Assembly: GCA_963711235.1 (NCBI GenBank)
Contig: CAVQDI010000002.1
Span: 206,395 to 270,394 of the forward strand
DNA length: 64,000 bases
Direction: 5' to 3'
Origin: an uncultured beta proteobacterium
Lineage (GTDB): Bacteria > Pseudomonadota > Gammaproteobacteria > Burkholderiales > Casimicrobiaceae
The position numbers and the translations under genes were made by a program. Within the stretch, counting starts at the first letter, position 1; every line of letters starts with the position of its first letter. This document shows positions 1 through 9,855 of the stretch, one piece after another. The notes under the pieces were generated by a model. That model made no database searches. It worked only from the letters and a program-made list of their open reading frames with translations, and was not told the origin of the DNA.

Positions 1-131
1 CACGTGCGCGGGTGTGCCAGTGCGCTCGACATGCACGAATCAGGAACACGTAGCGATACAATTGTCGCCGCGATCTCGGTCGTCTCCGGAATCTAAGGGG
101 AGACGGCCACCGAACACTGGGAGAGAACACG

Positions 132-575
132 ATGCTAAGGCGCTTTTCGTACACCTTCGCCGGTCTGGTCGCTTTGATTCTGACTGCCGGGCAAGCGTCG
201 GGGCAGCAACCCGGAGCGATGGAGATTCGCCAAGGCGTGATCGAGCAGATCACAGAGGTGCAGTTGCAAAGCAACCACCATCGCGGTGTCGGGGCTATCG
301 TTGGTGGCCTTGGAGGTCTGGGGATAGGCAGCCTGATCGGCGGCGGCACCGGACGGGATGTGGCGATGGTAGCCGGTGCGCTGGGCGGCGCGCTCTTCGG
401 CAATAATCTCCAGAAGAGGTACGATCAGCCGATCCCTGGGCAGCAGATCATCGTCCGCGTCAAGAGCGGCGTGCTGGTCGCGGTGACGCAGCCGGTCGAT
501 CCGAACCTCAGGACCGGCCAGGCTGTGTACATCGAAGGCAGCGGCGAGGGCGCGCGCGTTATCCCGCAACGGTAG
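132..575 (+). CDS. Secreted glycine-zipper (Gly-zipper_2TM / SlyB-like) protein
   Basis: ATG at 132 preceded by GGGAGA. N-terminal signal peptide. Gly-rich stretch GAIVGGLGGLGIGSLIGGGTG...GALGGALFG typical of glycine-zipper outer-membrane proteins. Confidence 0.6.
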   Translation: MLRRFSYTFAGLVALILTAGQASGQQPGAMEIRQGVIEQITEVQLQSNHHRGVGAIVGGLGGLGIGSLIGGGTGRDVAMVAGALGGALFGNNLQKRYDQPIPGQQIIVRVKSGVLVAVTQPVDPNLRTGQAVYIEGSGEGARVIPQR

Positions 576-761
576 CGGGCTAGTCAGTTTACGGGTCGGT
601 GCGACCGCCCTGTTTATGATCCGCGTGTTGCCGGAAATTGGATTTGACGACGGCAAGGGGATCGGAGCAAGAGCCGCAAGCGCATTATTCGGCGCGATGC
701 CAGCTGGCGCGGGCAGCTGGCCTAAGGCAGGCCGAATGGGTCGCGTGCGACCACGCCGCGC

Positions 762-1325
762 CTAGGCCAGGAATTTCTCGATTGGTTGCCAATAGTTGGC
801 TTTCCATCCTGCCGCAAGGTGCTCCCCCTGGCCCTTGGGAAAACCGGCATGGTCAAGGATGACCAGGGTTCCGGAGCCTTGTTCAATGAGCTCGAACTTC
901 ACGATCGAGTAAGCACCAGGCCCCCAGCTGGCCGCGCGCCAGGCTTGAACGATTCGCTCATCGGGCACTAGCTCGAGGTGTCGGCCCACGATGTAGCCGC
1001 CGAAAAGCGTGAACGCATCTCCCGCTTCACGGCCGATCTCCGTGGGTGTCTTCCCGAGCGCTCCGGACTGCATGGCCGCACTGAGCCGCGTAACCTGGTT
1101 GAACTGTTTGCTGTCGGTGAGCGCTTCATAGACACGTTTGCGGCTGGCTTTGAAAGCGGCTTCCTGGTGAATCGATTCGGCGGTGTGAGAAAGCTCCTCC
1201 TCGGTTTCCGCCCGGGCCCGGCCTGAGCCCAGGGTAAAGCCAGCGAGCGCAACGGCAAAACTGACCATTGCCTGCCGCCGCGACGGCGCATTGGCCTGCG
1301 CGGCGAGATCATTTCCATGGTTCAT
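762..1325 (-). CDS. SRPBCC / AHSA1-like domain protein with twin-arginine-type signal
   Basis: Internal ATG at 1325 (MNHGNDL...SRRQAMVSF). C-terminal part (RVYEALTD...IVGRHLELVPDERIVQAWR...GTLVILDHAGFP) resembles the Activator-of-Hsp90-ATPase/SRPBCC fold. The longer track ORF (to 1451) has no support upstream. Confidence 0.6.
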   Translation of the reverse strand: MNHGNDLAAQANAPSRRQAMVSFAVALAGFTLGSGRARAETEEELSHTAESIHQEAAFKASRKRVYEALTDSKQFNQVTRLSAAMQSGALGKTPTEIGREAGDAFTLFGGYIVGRHLELVPDERIVQAWRAASWGPGAYSIVKFELIEQGSGTLVILDHAGFPKGQGEHLAAGWKANYWQPIEKFLA

Positions 1326-1462
1326 CCTTACCTCCACTTTTTGACGGTTACCTGCGGCGCGGACTCGACTCCATACCCTGGACGAGGGTAGGGAAAAGGC
1401 GTAGCGGTATATAATCGCATTTTCGGCGAGAAGTCGTTCGCCGAAGTCCAACGGAGTGTCTC

Positions 1463-2157
1463 ATGCCGTACAAAATCATGCCTTACCTCGCGCGCGGGCT
1501 CCACGTGCTGCTGTTGTTCGCGGCCGTGCAAGGCGTTGCGCTGGCGCAGCGCACCGATCAGCAGGAGCTGGTCGACGCCGCCGACCAGAGCTTGTCGAAC
1601 CTGTTGCGCGACCCGAACATGAGTTGGCTGCAATACAACTTCGATCGCGCCAAGGCGGTGATGATCGCGCCGGTCGTCGTGAAGGCGGGATTCATCTTCG
1701 GCGGCTCTGGCGGTCGCGCGGTGACCCTCGCCCGTGACCCGCACGACCGGCAAGTGGTCCGGGCCCGCGTTCTACACCCTGGCCACGGCAAGCGTCGGCT
1801 TTCAGGCGGGCATCTCGGTATCCGAGGTCGTGACGCTGGTGATGACGGAGAAGGGGCTGAACTCATTGTTGTCGCCGTCGGCGAAGCTGGGCGGCGATGC
1901 GAGCATCACAGCCGGCCCAGTAGGCGTCGGAGCCAGCTCGGCATTGCTTGCCGATTTCATCTCGTTCAGCCGCTCGAAGGGCCTCTACGGCGGCCTCAAC
2001 CTCGATGGGACAGTGGTCGCAATTTCCAACGAATGGAACGGGTATTACTACAAGGAAGAGGGTCTTGCCGCCGGATATCCTGATCCGGTCGACCGTGCAC
2101 AATGCGGGCGCCAACAAGCTGCTGGAGGACGTCGCCCGCGCCGCTGCGGCGAAGTAG
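1463..2157 (+). pseudogene. SYLF/Ysc84 (DUF500) lipid-binding domain protein, interrupted by two +1 frameshifts
   Basis: Family-like sequence runs through three frames. It reads GFIFGGSGGRAVTLARDPH (frame of 1463), then TGKWSGPAFYTLATASVGFQAGIS...GLYGGLNLDGTVVAISNEWNGYYYKE (frame of 1734), then VLPPDILIRSTVHNAGANKLLEDV (frame of 1948). An extra G lies near 1745 and another near 2061. Confidence 0.6.
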
Positions 2158-2217
2158 CGGAAAGCCTTGCGCGCGGCGCGCATGACGGCGGGTAGCCGCG
2201 GGTAATTCATCGGGCAG

Positions 2218-4098
2218 TCATGCCAGCCCAAGGCGTGCCGGAAGCCAGAGGGAGAAGGTCGGCACGAACACCAGCAACAGCAGAACGATAAACAGAAGCG
2301 CAAGGTATTTGAGCATCGGTCGCCACACGTCCTCCAGCCGCGTCTCGGTAATCGCGCAGGTGGCAAACAGGCCGAGCCCGATCGGTGGCGAGAACAGGCC
2401 GAGCCCCATCGCGATGACCATTACCGTTCCGAAATGAAGCGGATGGACGCCTAGTCGCAACGCAATCGGGGCGAGAAGCGGTCCGAAAATGATCAACGCG
2501 GGGGCTCCCTCCAGCACGGCCCCGAAGACGATCATCAGCAGCACCGACACAACGACAAACGCATTGCTGCCAAACTGCTGCCCCAACGCAATCAGCGACG
2601 AAGACAGGTATTGCGGTATCTGCAGAATCGTCAGTGCGTAGGAGACGCTCGATGCGGCGGCGACGATGAACAGGATGCTGCCAGTAATAGACCCCGATTG
2701 CAGAAACAGCCGCAAGACCGACCTCCAGGTCAGCTCGCGAAACGCCAGTCCGCCGACGACGAAGGCGTACACGACCGCGAAGGCCGAAACTTCGGTTGAC
2801 GTCGCGATGCCGGAGGTCACGCCCTTGCCGATCATCAGGATCATGAGCAAACCGACCAATGCTCCACCGAGGAGCTTGACCATCGGCGTACGGGCGTCGA
2901 AAGCCTCGTCCGGATTGATGCGCGTGCCGAAGTAGATTGCCAGGGCGGCCAGCGACAGCGCCAGGACCGCGGCGGGCACGAGCCCTGCCATGAACAGGCC
3001 GCCGATCGAGATATTGGCCACGAAGCCGAAAATGATCAGGTTGACGCAGGGCGGAATGGTTTCCGCCATGACCGCGGTTGCGGCGAGCAGCCCGGCCGCC
3101 GCGTTGGCGTCCTGTCGGGTCTTCCGCACGGCGGGCATGAGGATGCCGCCAACGGCCGCAATGTCTGCGAGCTTCGAGCCTGAGATTCCTGAGAAGAACG
3201 CGGTGGCGGTGATCATGATCAGATTGAGGCCGCCGCGCATTCGGCCAAACACGCGCAGCAAGAGCTCAATTAATCGTGATGACATGCCGTTGGCTTCCAT
3301 GACCAGGCCGGCGAGGACGAAAAACGGGATCGCCAGGAGCACGAAATGATCCATGCCCGCGAGGATCGTCTGGGAATACACCAGCATCGGAAGCGATGGA
3401 TCAGACAGGAAGAAGAGCAGTGACGAAAAAGCGAGCACGAACGCGATCGGCACACCGAGGATGAGCCCACCAAAAAATCCGCCGAACAGCAAGAACCAGG
3501 GCTTGATCTCGTGCTCAGGCAGCATCGCGTTCCAGCCCCAGATCGCAAGCGACGCCGCGACGACCGTGGCGAGTGTGGTCCAGACCGTGCCGCGGGGCCC
3601 CGCCAGTGCGTTGGCAATCCCGAACAGGGTCATGACCAGGCTACCCAAGAGCACCGGAAGCACAAGAATGTTCTGCGGCAGACCGAAGGATGTCGTTTGC
3701 CCTCTTGAATCGGCGAACAGTTCGCAGGAGGAGAGAAAGAGCGCGACAGAAACGCCGACGATGATCCAGTGGCAGAGCTGCACCATCGCGGGATGCCAAT
3801 GCCGCGGTAGGAGCCCGCGCAGGCTGTCGATGCCGACATGGCGCTCCCGGCCTAGGACCGTGGCGGCGCCGAAGAACACCTGCATGACCATCAATGCCCG
3901 CGCGATTTCCTCTGCCCAATCCACCGGATCGCGCAGGAAGTAGCGATAGATTACCGCCACGAAAACGACCAGGACGTCGAGTGCGAGAATCAGTCCGGAC
4001 AGATATTCGATGGCTTGCAGCAGAGCGGTCAATCCGCGGCCGGCCCGACCCGCGCCGCGGAACGGGACATGGTGCGCACCGGCTCCATTGGCGTTCAT
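2218..4098 (-). CDS. TRAP transporter fused small+large permease (DctQ-DctM fusion)
   Basis: N-terminal DctQ-like 4-TM part followed by a long DctM-like polytopic part (LFFLSDPSLPMLVYSQTILAGMDHFVLLAIPFFVLAG...). Start chosen at the ATG at 4098; the upstream part of the ORF is Arg/Gly-rich and unlike the family. Confidence 0.85.
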   Translation of the reverse strand: MNANGAGAHHVPFRGAGRAGRGLTALLQAIEYLSGLILALDVLVVFVAVIYRYFLRDPVDWAEEIARALMVMQVFFGAATVLGRERHVGIDSLRGLLPRHWHPAMVQLCHWIIVGVSVALFLSSCELFADSRGQTTSFGLPQNILVLPVLLGSLVMTLFGIANALAGPRGTVWTTLATVVAASLAIWGWNAMLPEHEIKPWFLLFGGFFGGLILGVPIAFVLAFSSLLFFLSDPSLPMLVYSQTILAGMDHFVLLAIPFFVLAGLVMEANGMSSRLIELLLRVFGRMRGGLNLIMITATAFFSGISGSKLADIAAVGGILMPAVRKTRQDANAAAGLLAATAVMAETIPPCVNLIIFGFVANISIGGLFMAGLVPAAVLALSLAALAIYFGTRINPDEAFDARTPMVKLLGGALVGLLMILMIGKGVTSGIATSTEVSAFAVVYAFVVGGLAFRELTWRSVLRLFLQSGSITGSILFIVAAASSVSYALTILQIPQYLSSSLIALGQQFGSNAFVVVSVLLMIVFGAVLEGAPALIIFGPLLAPIALRLGVHPLHFGTVMVIAMGLGLFSPPIGLGLFATCAITETRLEDVWRPMLKYLALLFIVLLLLVFVPTFSLWLPARLGLA

Positions 4099-4174
4099 GG
4101 GCGACGGCCGCTGCCAATCAGACCGTGGGCCGCGCAACCGGCCGACGCACGCGCCTTGGCCCTGACCGGTTGCC

Positions 4175-5203
4175 TCAGGTGCGCGCCGCCGCGATGGCGT
4201 CAAACATGGGTTGGGTGACGGGGTATTCCTTGATGAACGAGGCCCATACGCGAACTTCCATCTCCTTGCGCACCTGTTCCCGCTCTGCCTTCGCCATCGG
4301 GGTAAAGGTCACGCCGAGACGCATCAGCTCTGCCGTCGCCGCCTTGCCCTTCTCAGCCGCCACGCCGCGCTCGTAGACCGTGGCATCGTTGGCGGCTTTG
4401 AGGAACGCGGCCCGCATATCGGCTGGGACCTTTTCCAGGCCGTGCTTGCCGATGACGCAGACCATCGGGCTGAAAAGGTGTTCGGTCAGCCAGCAATACT
4501 TGACCTGTTCTGCAAACTTGTACTGCAGGACGCTCGCCGCATCGTGTTCGAAGCCGTCGACGACGCCGGTCTGCAGCGCCGTGTAGAGCTCGTTGATGGG
4601 TATGGGCGTCGGGATGGCACCCATAATCTTGAAAGTCTCGATGAATGCAGGCGCCGGCAACACGCGCAACTTGACGCCCTTGAGATCGGCAAGGCCTTTG
4701 ACGGGATTCTTGGTGTACACGCTGCGCGGGCCAAAATGCGATGCCCAGTCGAGCACCGTGCAGCCGGTGCGGTCAAATAGAATTTTGCCGAGCTTCGGGC
4801 CGACGCCACCGTCCAGGGCCTTGAAGGCATGTGGATAGCTGTCAAAGACGTAACCCAGATCGAGCATGCCGAATTCCGGGGCCACCGTGGCCCAGATCGA
4901 GGAGCCCGTGATCATCATGTCGATGGACCCGACCTTGACCTGCTGGACGATGTCCGCTTCCTTGCCCAGCTGGCTGTCAGGGAAGTAACCGAGCTTCACG
5001 CGGTCACCCACGGCGCCCTGCAGGTTGGCGGCAAACCGCTCGTACCATATGTAGTGCGCGGCATTTTGGTCAGCACTCATCGACGAGGAGATGCGCATCG
5101 TGATGGTCGACTGGGCGCGGAGCCGCGTGGACAGGCTGGCGGTCAGGGCCAGCGTTCCAGCCGACGCGGTTGCCAGAAAACTGCGACGGGAAATTGATTT
5201 CAC
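4175..5203 (-). CDS. TRAP transporter substrate-binding protein (DctP family), Tat-type signal
   Basis: GTG at 5203 preceded by AAGGAGAG. SRRSFLATASAG signal. DctP-family motifs (KLGYFPDSQLGKEADIVQQVKVGSIDMMI, LQTGVVDGFEHD). Confidence 0.85.
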   Translation of the reverse strand: MKSISRRSFLATASAGTLALTASLSTRLRAQSTITMRISSSMSADQNAAHYIWYERFAANLQGAVGDRVKLGYFPDSQLGKEADIVQQVKVGSIDMMITGSSIWATVAPEFGMLDLGYVFDSYPHAFKALDGGVGPKLGKILFDRTGCTVLDWASHFGPRSVYTKNPVKGLADLKGVKLRVLPAPAFIETFKIMGAIPTPIPINELYTALQTGVVDGFEHDAASVLQYKFAEQVKYCWLTEHLFSPMVCVIGKHGLEKVPADMRAAFLKAANDATVYERGVAAEKGKAATAELMRLGVTFTPMAKAEREQVRKEMEVRVWASFIKEYPVTQPMFDAIAAART

Positions 5204-5418
5204 GGTCTCTCTCCTTGGCGCAAGCGCGCCACCCATTTTTGATTCCGACGCCGCGCTCTCACCTAATCGGACGACGCGGCGTAAGGCCGGCCACTATACC
5301 GTGGCTTTCGACCGTGCCTGGAAGTGTAGCAGTCCGAGGCGGAGGACAGGCATTTGGCGGCGTCGGCAAGAAAAAGCCCCGGGGTCTCCGGGGCTTCGGC
5401 GGATTGCCTGCCGAGGGG

Positions 5419-5742
5419 CTAGGAGCCGTGATCGGAGTGTTCCCAGTGCCCCTGGTTGAGACGGTAGTGGCCGTTGTGCTCCGACCACGCATAGGGCACG
5501 TAGCGCTCGCCGTGGCGCTCCTTCAGGTATTCGCCCTTCTTCCAGACGTGGCGATGATGATCAGCGTCCCAATCCCAGTAGCCCGGGGCATAGATGTACC
5601 CGGGTCGTACGGGTACGTCTTCGACCACAGCCGCGGGTGGCGCGATGGTGACATCGACATCGACCCTGGCTACGCCCGCTAGCGGGTACGCGAGCAACGA
5701 GCCAGCAAACCCGGCGGCAAGCAAAGTCGTCAATCTGCGCAT
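5419..5742 (-). CDS. Small secreted Trp/His-rich repeat protein (YXWGXW-repeat-like)
   Basis: ATG at 5742 with GGAGG upstream. Signal peptide MRRLTTLLAAGFAGSLLAYPLAG. Repeats YAPGYWDWDADHH / YVPYAWSEHNGHY / NQGHWEH. Confidence 0.5.
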   Translation of the reverse strand: MRRLTTLLAAGFAGSLLAYPLAGVARVDVDVTIAPPAAVVEDVPVRPGYIYAPGYWDWDADHHRHVWKKGEYLKERHGERYVPYAWSEHNGHYRLNQGHWEHSDHGS

Positions 5743-6150
5743 GACAATCCTCCATCTGAAGTCGCGGAGCTTCATGTTGCCGAATGCACGAGGTGACGCC
5801 AATCGGACGCTGGATGTAATTGCTGTAGTCCGATGTAACGCAACCAGCAGACGAAGTCCTACAAGCGCGTGGCTCATCGGCACGGCCACGTCGGGCGGCT
5901 GAGGGATGGGCGGGTACCAACCTGCTTGCCCGACTGAAACGTGCACCGCATGGGATAAGAGACTGGCGGCGGGGCGCATGGGTCTAACCTTCGGCTTCCC
6001 GGAAAAGTCCGCGTCACCAAGCGACCGTTTCGCGTCGCACCCGACGCTCGCGCGCTGGGCATTCCCGCGCAATGCCTGAGATGTCACGGGTCTGTCATGT
6101 CAGCCTGACATTCTCCTTCGTTTTACCCCCTCGACCCACGGAGAAGGAAA

Positions 6151-7825
6151 ATGGCAGAACTGACGATGCCGGGTACGGTTCAACCAGCGAGCGCCAAACC
6201 GAGCCTCGACGGGGGTTTCAACCCACTAACGATAATCATCTTCTGCGGTTTTCTCGCGGCCGGGATGTTGTTCACGGCCTACAGCCTTTACCAGGATGTG
6301 AACGGCGCCGGAACCGGCGTTACGACGTGGGCGCCATTTCTGCTCCTGGGCGTTGCGCTGTTGATAGCCCTTGGCTTCGAGTTCGTCAACGGATTCCACG
6401 ACACGGCGAATGCCGTCGCCACGGTCATTTATACCCACGCTCTGCCTACACCCTTTGCCGTCGTGTGGTCAGGGGCATTCAACTTCCTTGGCGTCTTGCT
6501 TTCGAGTGGCGCCGTAGCCTTCGGCATTATTACCTTGCTCCCGGTGGAGCTAATTTTGCAGGTTGGAACTTCCGCCGGATTTGCGATGGTGTTTGCGCTG
6601 CTCATTGCGGCAATCGTGTGGAATGCCGGCACCTGGTACCTTGGCTTGCCGGCATCGAGCTCACACACGCTGATAGGATCGATCATCGGTGTCGGTCTCG
6701 CCAACCAATTGATGTTCACCGCAAGCGGCACGAGCGGTGTCGACTGGTCGCAGGCTGTATTGGCCAACCAGTTGATGTCGACCGCCAGTGGCACCAGTGG
6801 AGTCGACTGGTCGCAAGCACAAGATCGGCTACTCGTTGTTGCTCTCACCCATAATAGGCTTCGTATTTTCCGCGCTCTTGCTTCTCTGCCTCAAGTTCCT
6901 GGTCAAGAGCAAGGACCTCTATTCGGAGCCCAAGAGCAGCAAACCGCCGCCCGCATGGATCCGCGGTATCCTGATCTTCACCTGTACCGGCGTGTCGTTT
7001 GCCCACGGCTCCAACGACGGCCAGAAGGGCATGGGTCTCATCATGCTGATTCTGATCGGCACGGTGCCGACAGCCTACGCCCTCAACCGAGCACTCCCCG
7101 CAAGCGCCATGGTGGAATTCGCGAAAACCTCCCAGGCTGCTGCCGCCGTGGTCGAAGCGAAGGCAGCGGGCTTCGACATTCTTGGCGACCCCCGGCCGGC
7201 GGTCACCGCCTACGTCGCGCAACACAAGATCAACGAGGGGACCTATCCTTCGCTTGCCGTGCTGATGCGTAACATCGCCAAAGCCGTCGAGCAGTATGGC
7301 ACTTTCGCCAAGGTTCCCGCTGCGGCTGTCGACAACATGCGCAATGACATGTATCTCGCATCGGAGGCAATTCGCTCTCTGATGAAGGATAAGGAAAATG
7401 ATCTGACGCCCACCGACGTAACGGTTCTCGACGCCTACCGGAAGTCGCTCGACAACGCGACCAAATTCATTCCCCTATGGGTGAAGGTCGTGGTGGCCAT
7501 TGCTTTGGGTCTGGGCACGATGGTGGGCTGGAAGCGGATCGTCGTGACGGTCGGCGAGAAGATTGGCAAGACGCACTTGACCTACGCGCAGGGCGCCTCG
7601 GCGGAGCTGGTCGCCGCAGTCACCATCGCCGCGGCCGACATCTACGGACTGCCGGTGTCGACGACCCACGTCCTGGCGTCCGGCGTCGCCGGAACCATGG
7701 CCGCAAACCACTCGGGCCTGCAGATGTCGACGGTGCGCAATCTCATCATGGCGTGGGTGTTGACCCTTCCTTGCGCGATACTTCTTGCTGGTAGCCTGTA
7801 TTTCGTTTTCAGCAAGATTTTCTGA
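6151..7825 (+). pseudogene. pit: PiT-family inorganic phosphate transporter, reading frame broken near 6819
   Basis: PiT motifs on both sides: [37 protein letters not shown], then in the next frame [14 protein letters not shown]...[20 protein letters not shown]...STTHVLASGVAGTM. One surplus nucleotide lies between WSQA and KIGY. This could be a true pseudogene or an assembly indel. Confidence 0.8.
6700..6825 (+). repeat. Imperfect 63-nt in-frame tandem duplication inside the pit gene
   Basis: Units are 6700-6762 and 6763-6825. By hand alignment about 48 of 63 nt are identical. They encode [21 protein letters not shown] and [21 protein letters not shown], with most differences synonymous. Confidence 0.8.
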
Positions 7826-7886
7826 TCAGGCGCCTGACGCCCGCGTCGCCAGCGGCAGAGCTCCAAAGGCGCCTCCTCCGGGGAGG

Positions 7887-8756
7887 CTACCGTCCTAAAT
7901 ATACCGCGGTGATGGATTCGCGGTTATGGCCCAGTTCGCGGCTTATCGTGAGCCTGACCTCGAGGTCGATGGCCTTTTGCGGTGCGCCCAGGTCTCGGGA
8001 CTTGGGGCCTCCACGGGCGGGGCACGCCCATCCGGTCAACTCTTGGTAGCGGGCCTGGGCGTAGCCGTGGCGATGGCCATGAAAAGCACGGATACCAGCC
8101 CGGTCACACTGGTTGTGAAAGTGCCGCAGATAGGCGCGGTAGGTTGAATAACCGGGTGCAACGAGACTCTGCCCTTTGGCGAGCGTCTTGGCTTCCTGGA
8201 GGAGTTGTCGTTGCGCCTCGGTACGGACGGGAATCTCGCGCGCCCGCCCGCCTTTGGTCCAGGAGTCCTTGAGCACGAGCGAGTCGCCGCGATCGGCCCA
8301 GGTTGGAATGATCTTGATCGATTCCTCACGACGCAGGCCGAATGCCGCCTGCAGGCGTAGCGAGATGCGAATGTGCAGATCGCTTACGCGCTCCAGTTGA
8401 TCGGGGTCGAGATCCTTCGCCTTGCTGACGTTGGTGACGAATACCCGATCGGCAATGGCATAGGCCCTATTGCTGCGAGCGACCACGTTTTCCTTGCCGA
8501 TCTTTTGCGCCCACCAGCGCAGCGCCGACATCCGGTTCTTGATGGTTCCCGGAGAGAGGTTTTCTGCGAGCCAGCGTTGGACCAGCTTCTCTACGTGCTT
8601 GGGCTTCAAGCTGTGCGCGTCCATGTGCCGAAAGCCGATCTGTTCGAGCTGGTTCGCGATATGGTCGAGGATGCGTTCCCGATCAGCCTTGGTCGCATAG
8701 CTGCCGTCACGATTGCGTCGGCATAGTTGCTTCAAGGCAAAATTCAAGTTGCGCAT
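7887..8756 (-). CDS. Tyrosine recombinase / integrase (plasmid/island type with N-terminal integrase domain)
   Basis: ATG at 8756 with AGGAGG upstream. C-terminal catalytic-type residues (GLRREE..., HGHRHGYAQ, LGHNRESITAVYLGR). Confidence 0.75.
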   Translation of the reverse strand: MRNLNFALKQLCRRNRDGSYATKADRERILDHIANQLEQIGFRHMDAHSLKPKHVEKLVQRWLAENLSPGTIKNRMSALRWWAQKIGKENVVARSNRAYAIADRVFVTNVSKAKDLDPDQLERVSDLHIRISLRLQAAFGLRREESIKIIPTWADRGDSLVLKDSWTKGGRAREIPVRTEAQRQLLQEAKTLAKGQSLVAPGYSTYRAYLRHFHNQCDRAGIRAFHGHRHGYAQARYQELTGWACPARGGPKSRDLGAPQKAIDLEVRLTISRELGHNRESITAVYLGR

Positions 8757-9684
8757 GAACACCTCCTTGCCGGGCAACCGCAAGGAAGGGCTCCGGCGCA
8801 TCTTCGTGCGCCCATTAGAGTGGACGGTGGCCGTGAGCTGCGCCAGTTCCACGAAGGCGCCGGAGTACGTTTTTTTGCCGCCGCGGTGTGTGTGCCAGTC
8901 AGGTAAGTGTTTCTGCTCGCCTGCGACGCCGCAGCGACTGCAGGGGGAGGATGAGCACGGGACACCACTCCCGTTTTGTGCGGTTGTTGTGCTGCCCGCC
9001 AGCGCCGCACTGCGAATCGGCGTCGCCTTGGCCTTCCTGCGCGGAACGACCCAAGGCGAGGATCGCTAATGCTTGACTCATCGAACGCCGCTGAGGCACG
9101 CTTTTACAAGCGCGGGTAGTCGTTCGCACCGTCGGTTACGGCTGACAGCAAAGCCTGTATTTCGCGGTGATACATAGGCATCATGTTGGGCCTCTGGCGA
9201 AAGATCAACGCTACAGACGCTGTTTGTTCTGCCGACGATCTTGGCGATGGCGGCAGGGCACCGCGTTGTCCAGCGAACTCGGAGCCCTAGCGGGCGCTTT
9301 GCCGCGGCCAACGCCTATGGCGTTTACGCGAGGACGCGCGGGCTCACCGATGCTCGGAACCACGGGCCGGCTCAGGCCGAATCTTACTTGCCTGGGGGGA
9401 GGCCTCTTGCTCTCGAACTGTCGAGTCGCATTCCAGACCGGCAGCGGAGCCACCGACCCAACCACGGTATCTACGGTGCCAGACGCGATCGCGGTTGAAA
9501 ACCCCAAGAACTTCGGAACGAGGGGGCCTTACCTTGGCAGGCAGGGGAACTCTGCCCGCGTCCGCTAAGGAACGGACCTACCAGCTGCCAAGCATCAGCT
9601 GCCTGCTTGGAGGGCATGCATCCCTTTCACACGGGGGCGCTAGCCCGATCGCAGCGCGACGCCAAGGGCGAGCAACCCGTCTGT

Positions 9685-9690
9685 TATAAT
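9685..9690 (+). promoter_or_regulatory. Possible -10 element (TATAAT) for tRNA-Arg
   Basis: Perfect TATAAT 10 nt upstream of the tRNA 5' end. No convincing -35 element. Confidence 0.3.
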
Positions 9691-9699
9691 TAATTCCAC

Positions 9700-9777
9700 G
9701 CGCCCGTAGCTCAGTTGGATTAGAGTACCTGGCTACGAACCAGGGGGTCGTGGGTTCAAATCCTGCCGGGCGCGCCA
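9700..9777 (+). tRNA. tRNA-Arg (anticodon ACG)
   Basis: Cloverleaf readable by eye: acceptor GCGCCCG/CGGGCGC, anticodon stem CCTGG/CCAGG with loop CTACGAA, T-loop GGTTCAAATCC, encoded CCA. Confidence 0.9.
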
Positions 9778-9778
9778 A
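9732..9778 (+). repeat. att core copy 1 (3' half of tRNA-Arg)
   Basis: GCTACGAACCAGGGGGTCGTGGGTTCAAATCCTGCCGGGCGCGCCA recurs identically at 21715-21761 and 25135-25181. Confidence 0.9.
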
Positions 9779-9798
9779 TATTCAAGCACTTAGCCAGT

Positions 9799-9841
9799 CT
9801 GCGCGACTGGCTTTTTGCTTCTGCGCGACTCCTGCGCGACC
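9799..9841 (+). promoter_or_regulatory. Arm-type repeat array (3 x CTGCGCGAC), left end of island 1
   Basis: Copies start at 9799, 9821 and 9832 (spacing 22 and 11 nt). The same motif and spacing occur at 21579-21621. Confidence 0.6.
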
Positions 9842-9855
9842 TTTTTTCTCACGAA

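Noticed and set aside
8757-9699. Possible structured RNA or small gene between the upstream integrase and tRNA-Arg.
   Set aside because: I looked for RNase P, tmRNA, 6S and riboswitch core motifs and found none. The ORFs here are short, overlapping and lack RBS support.
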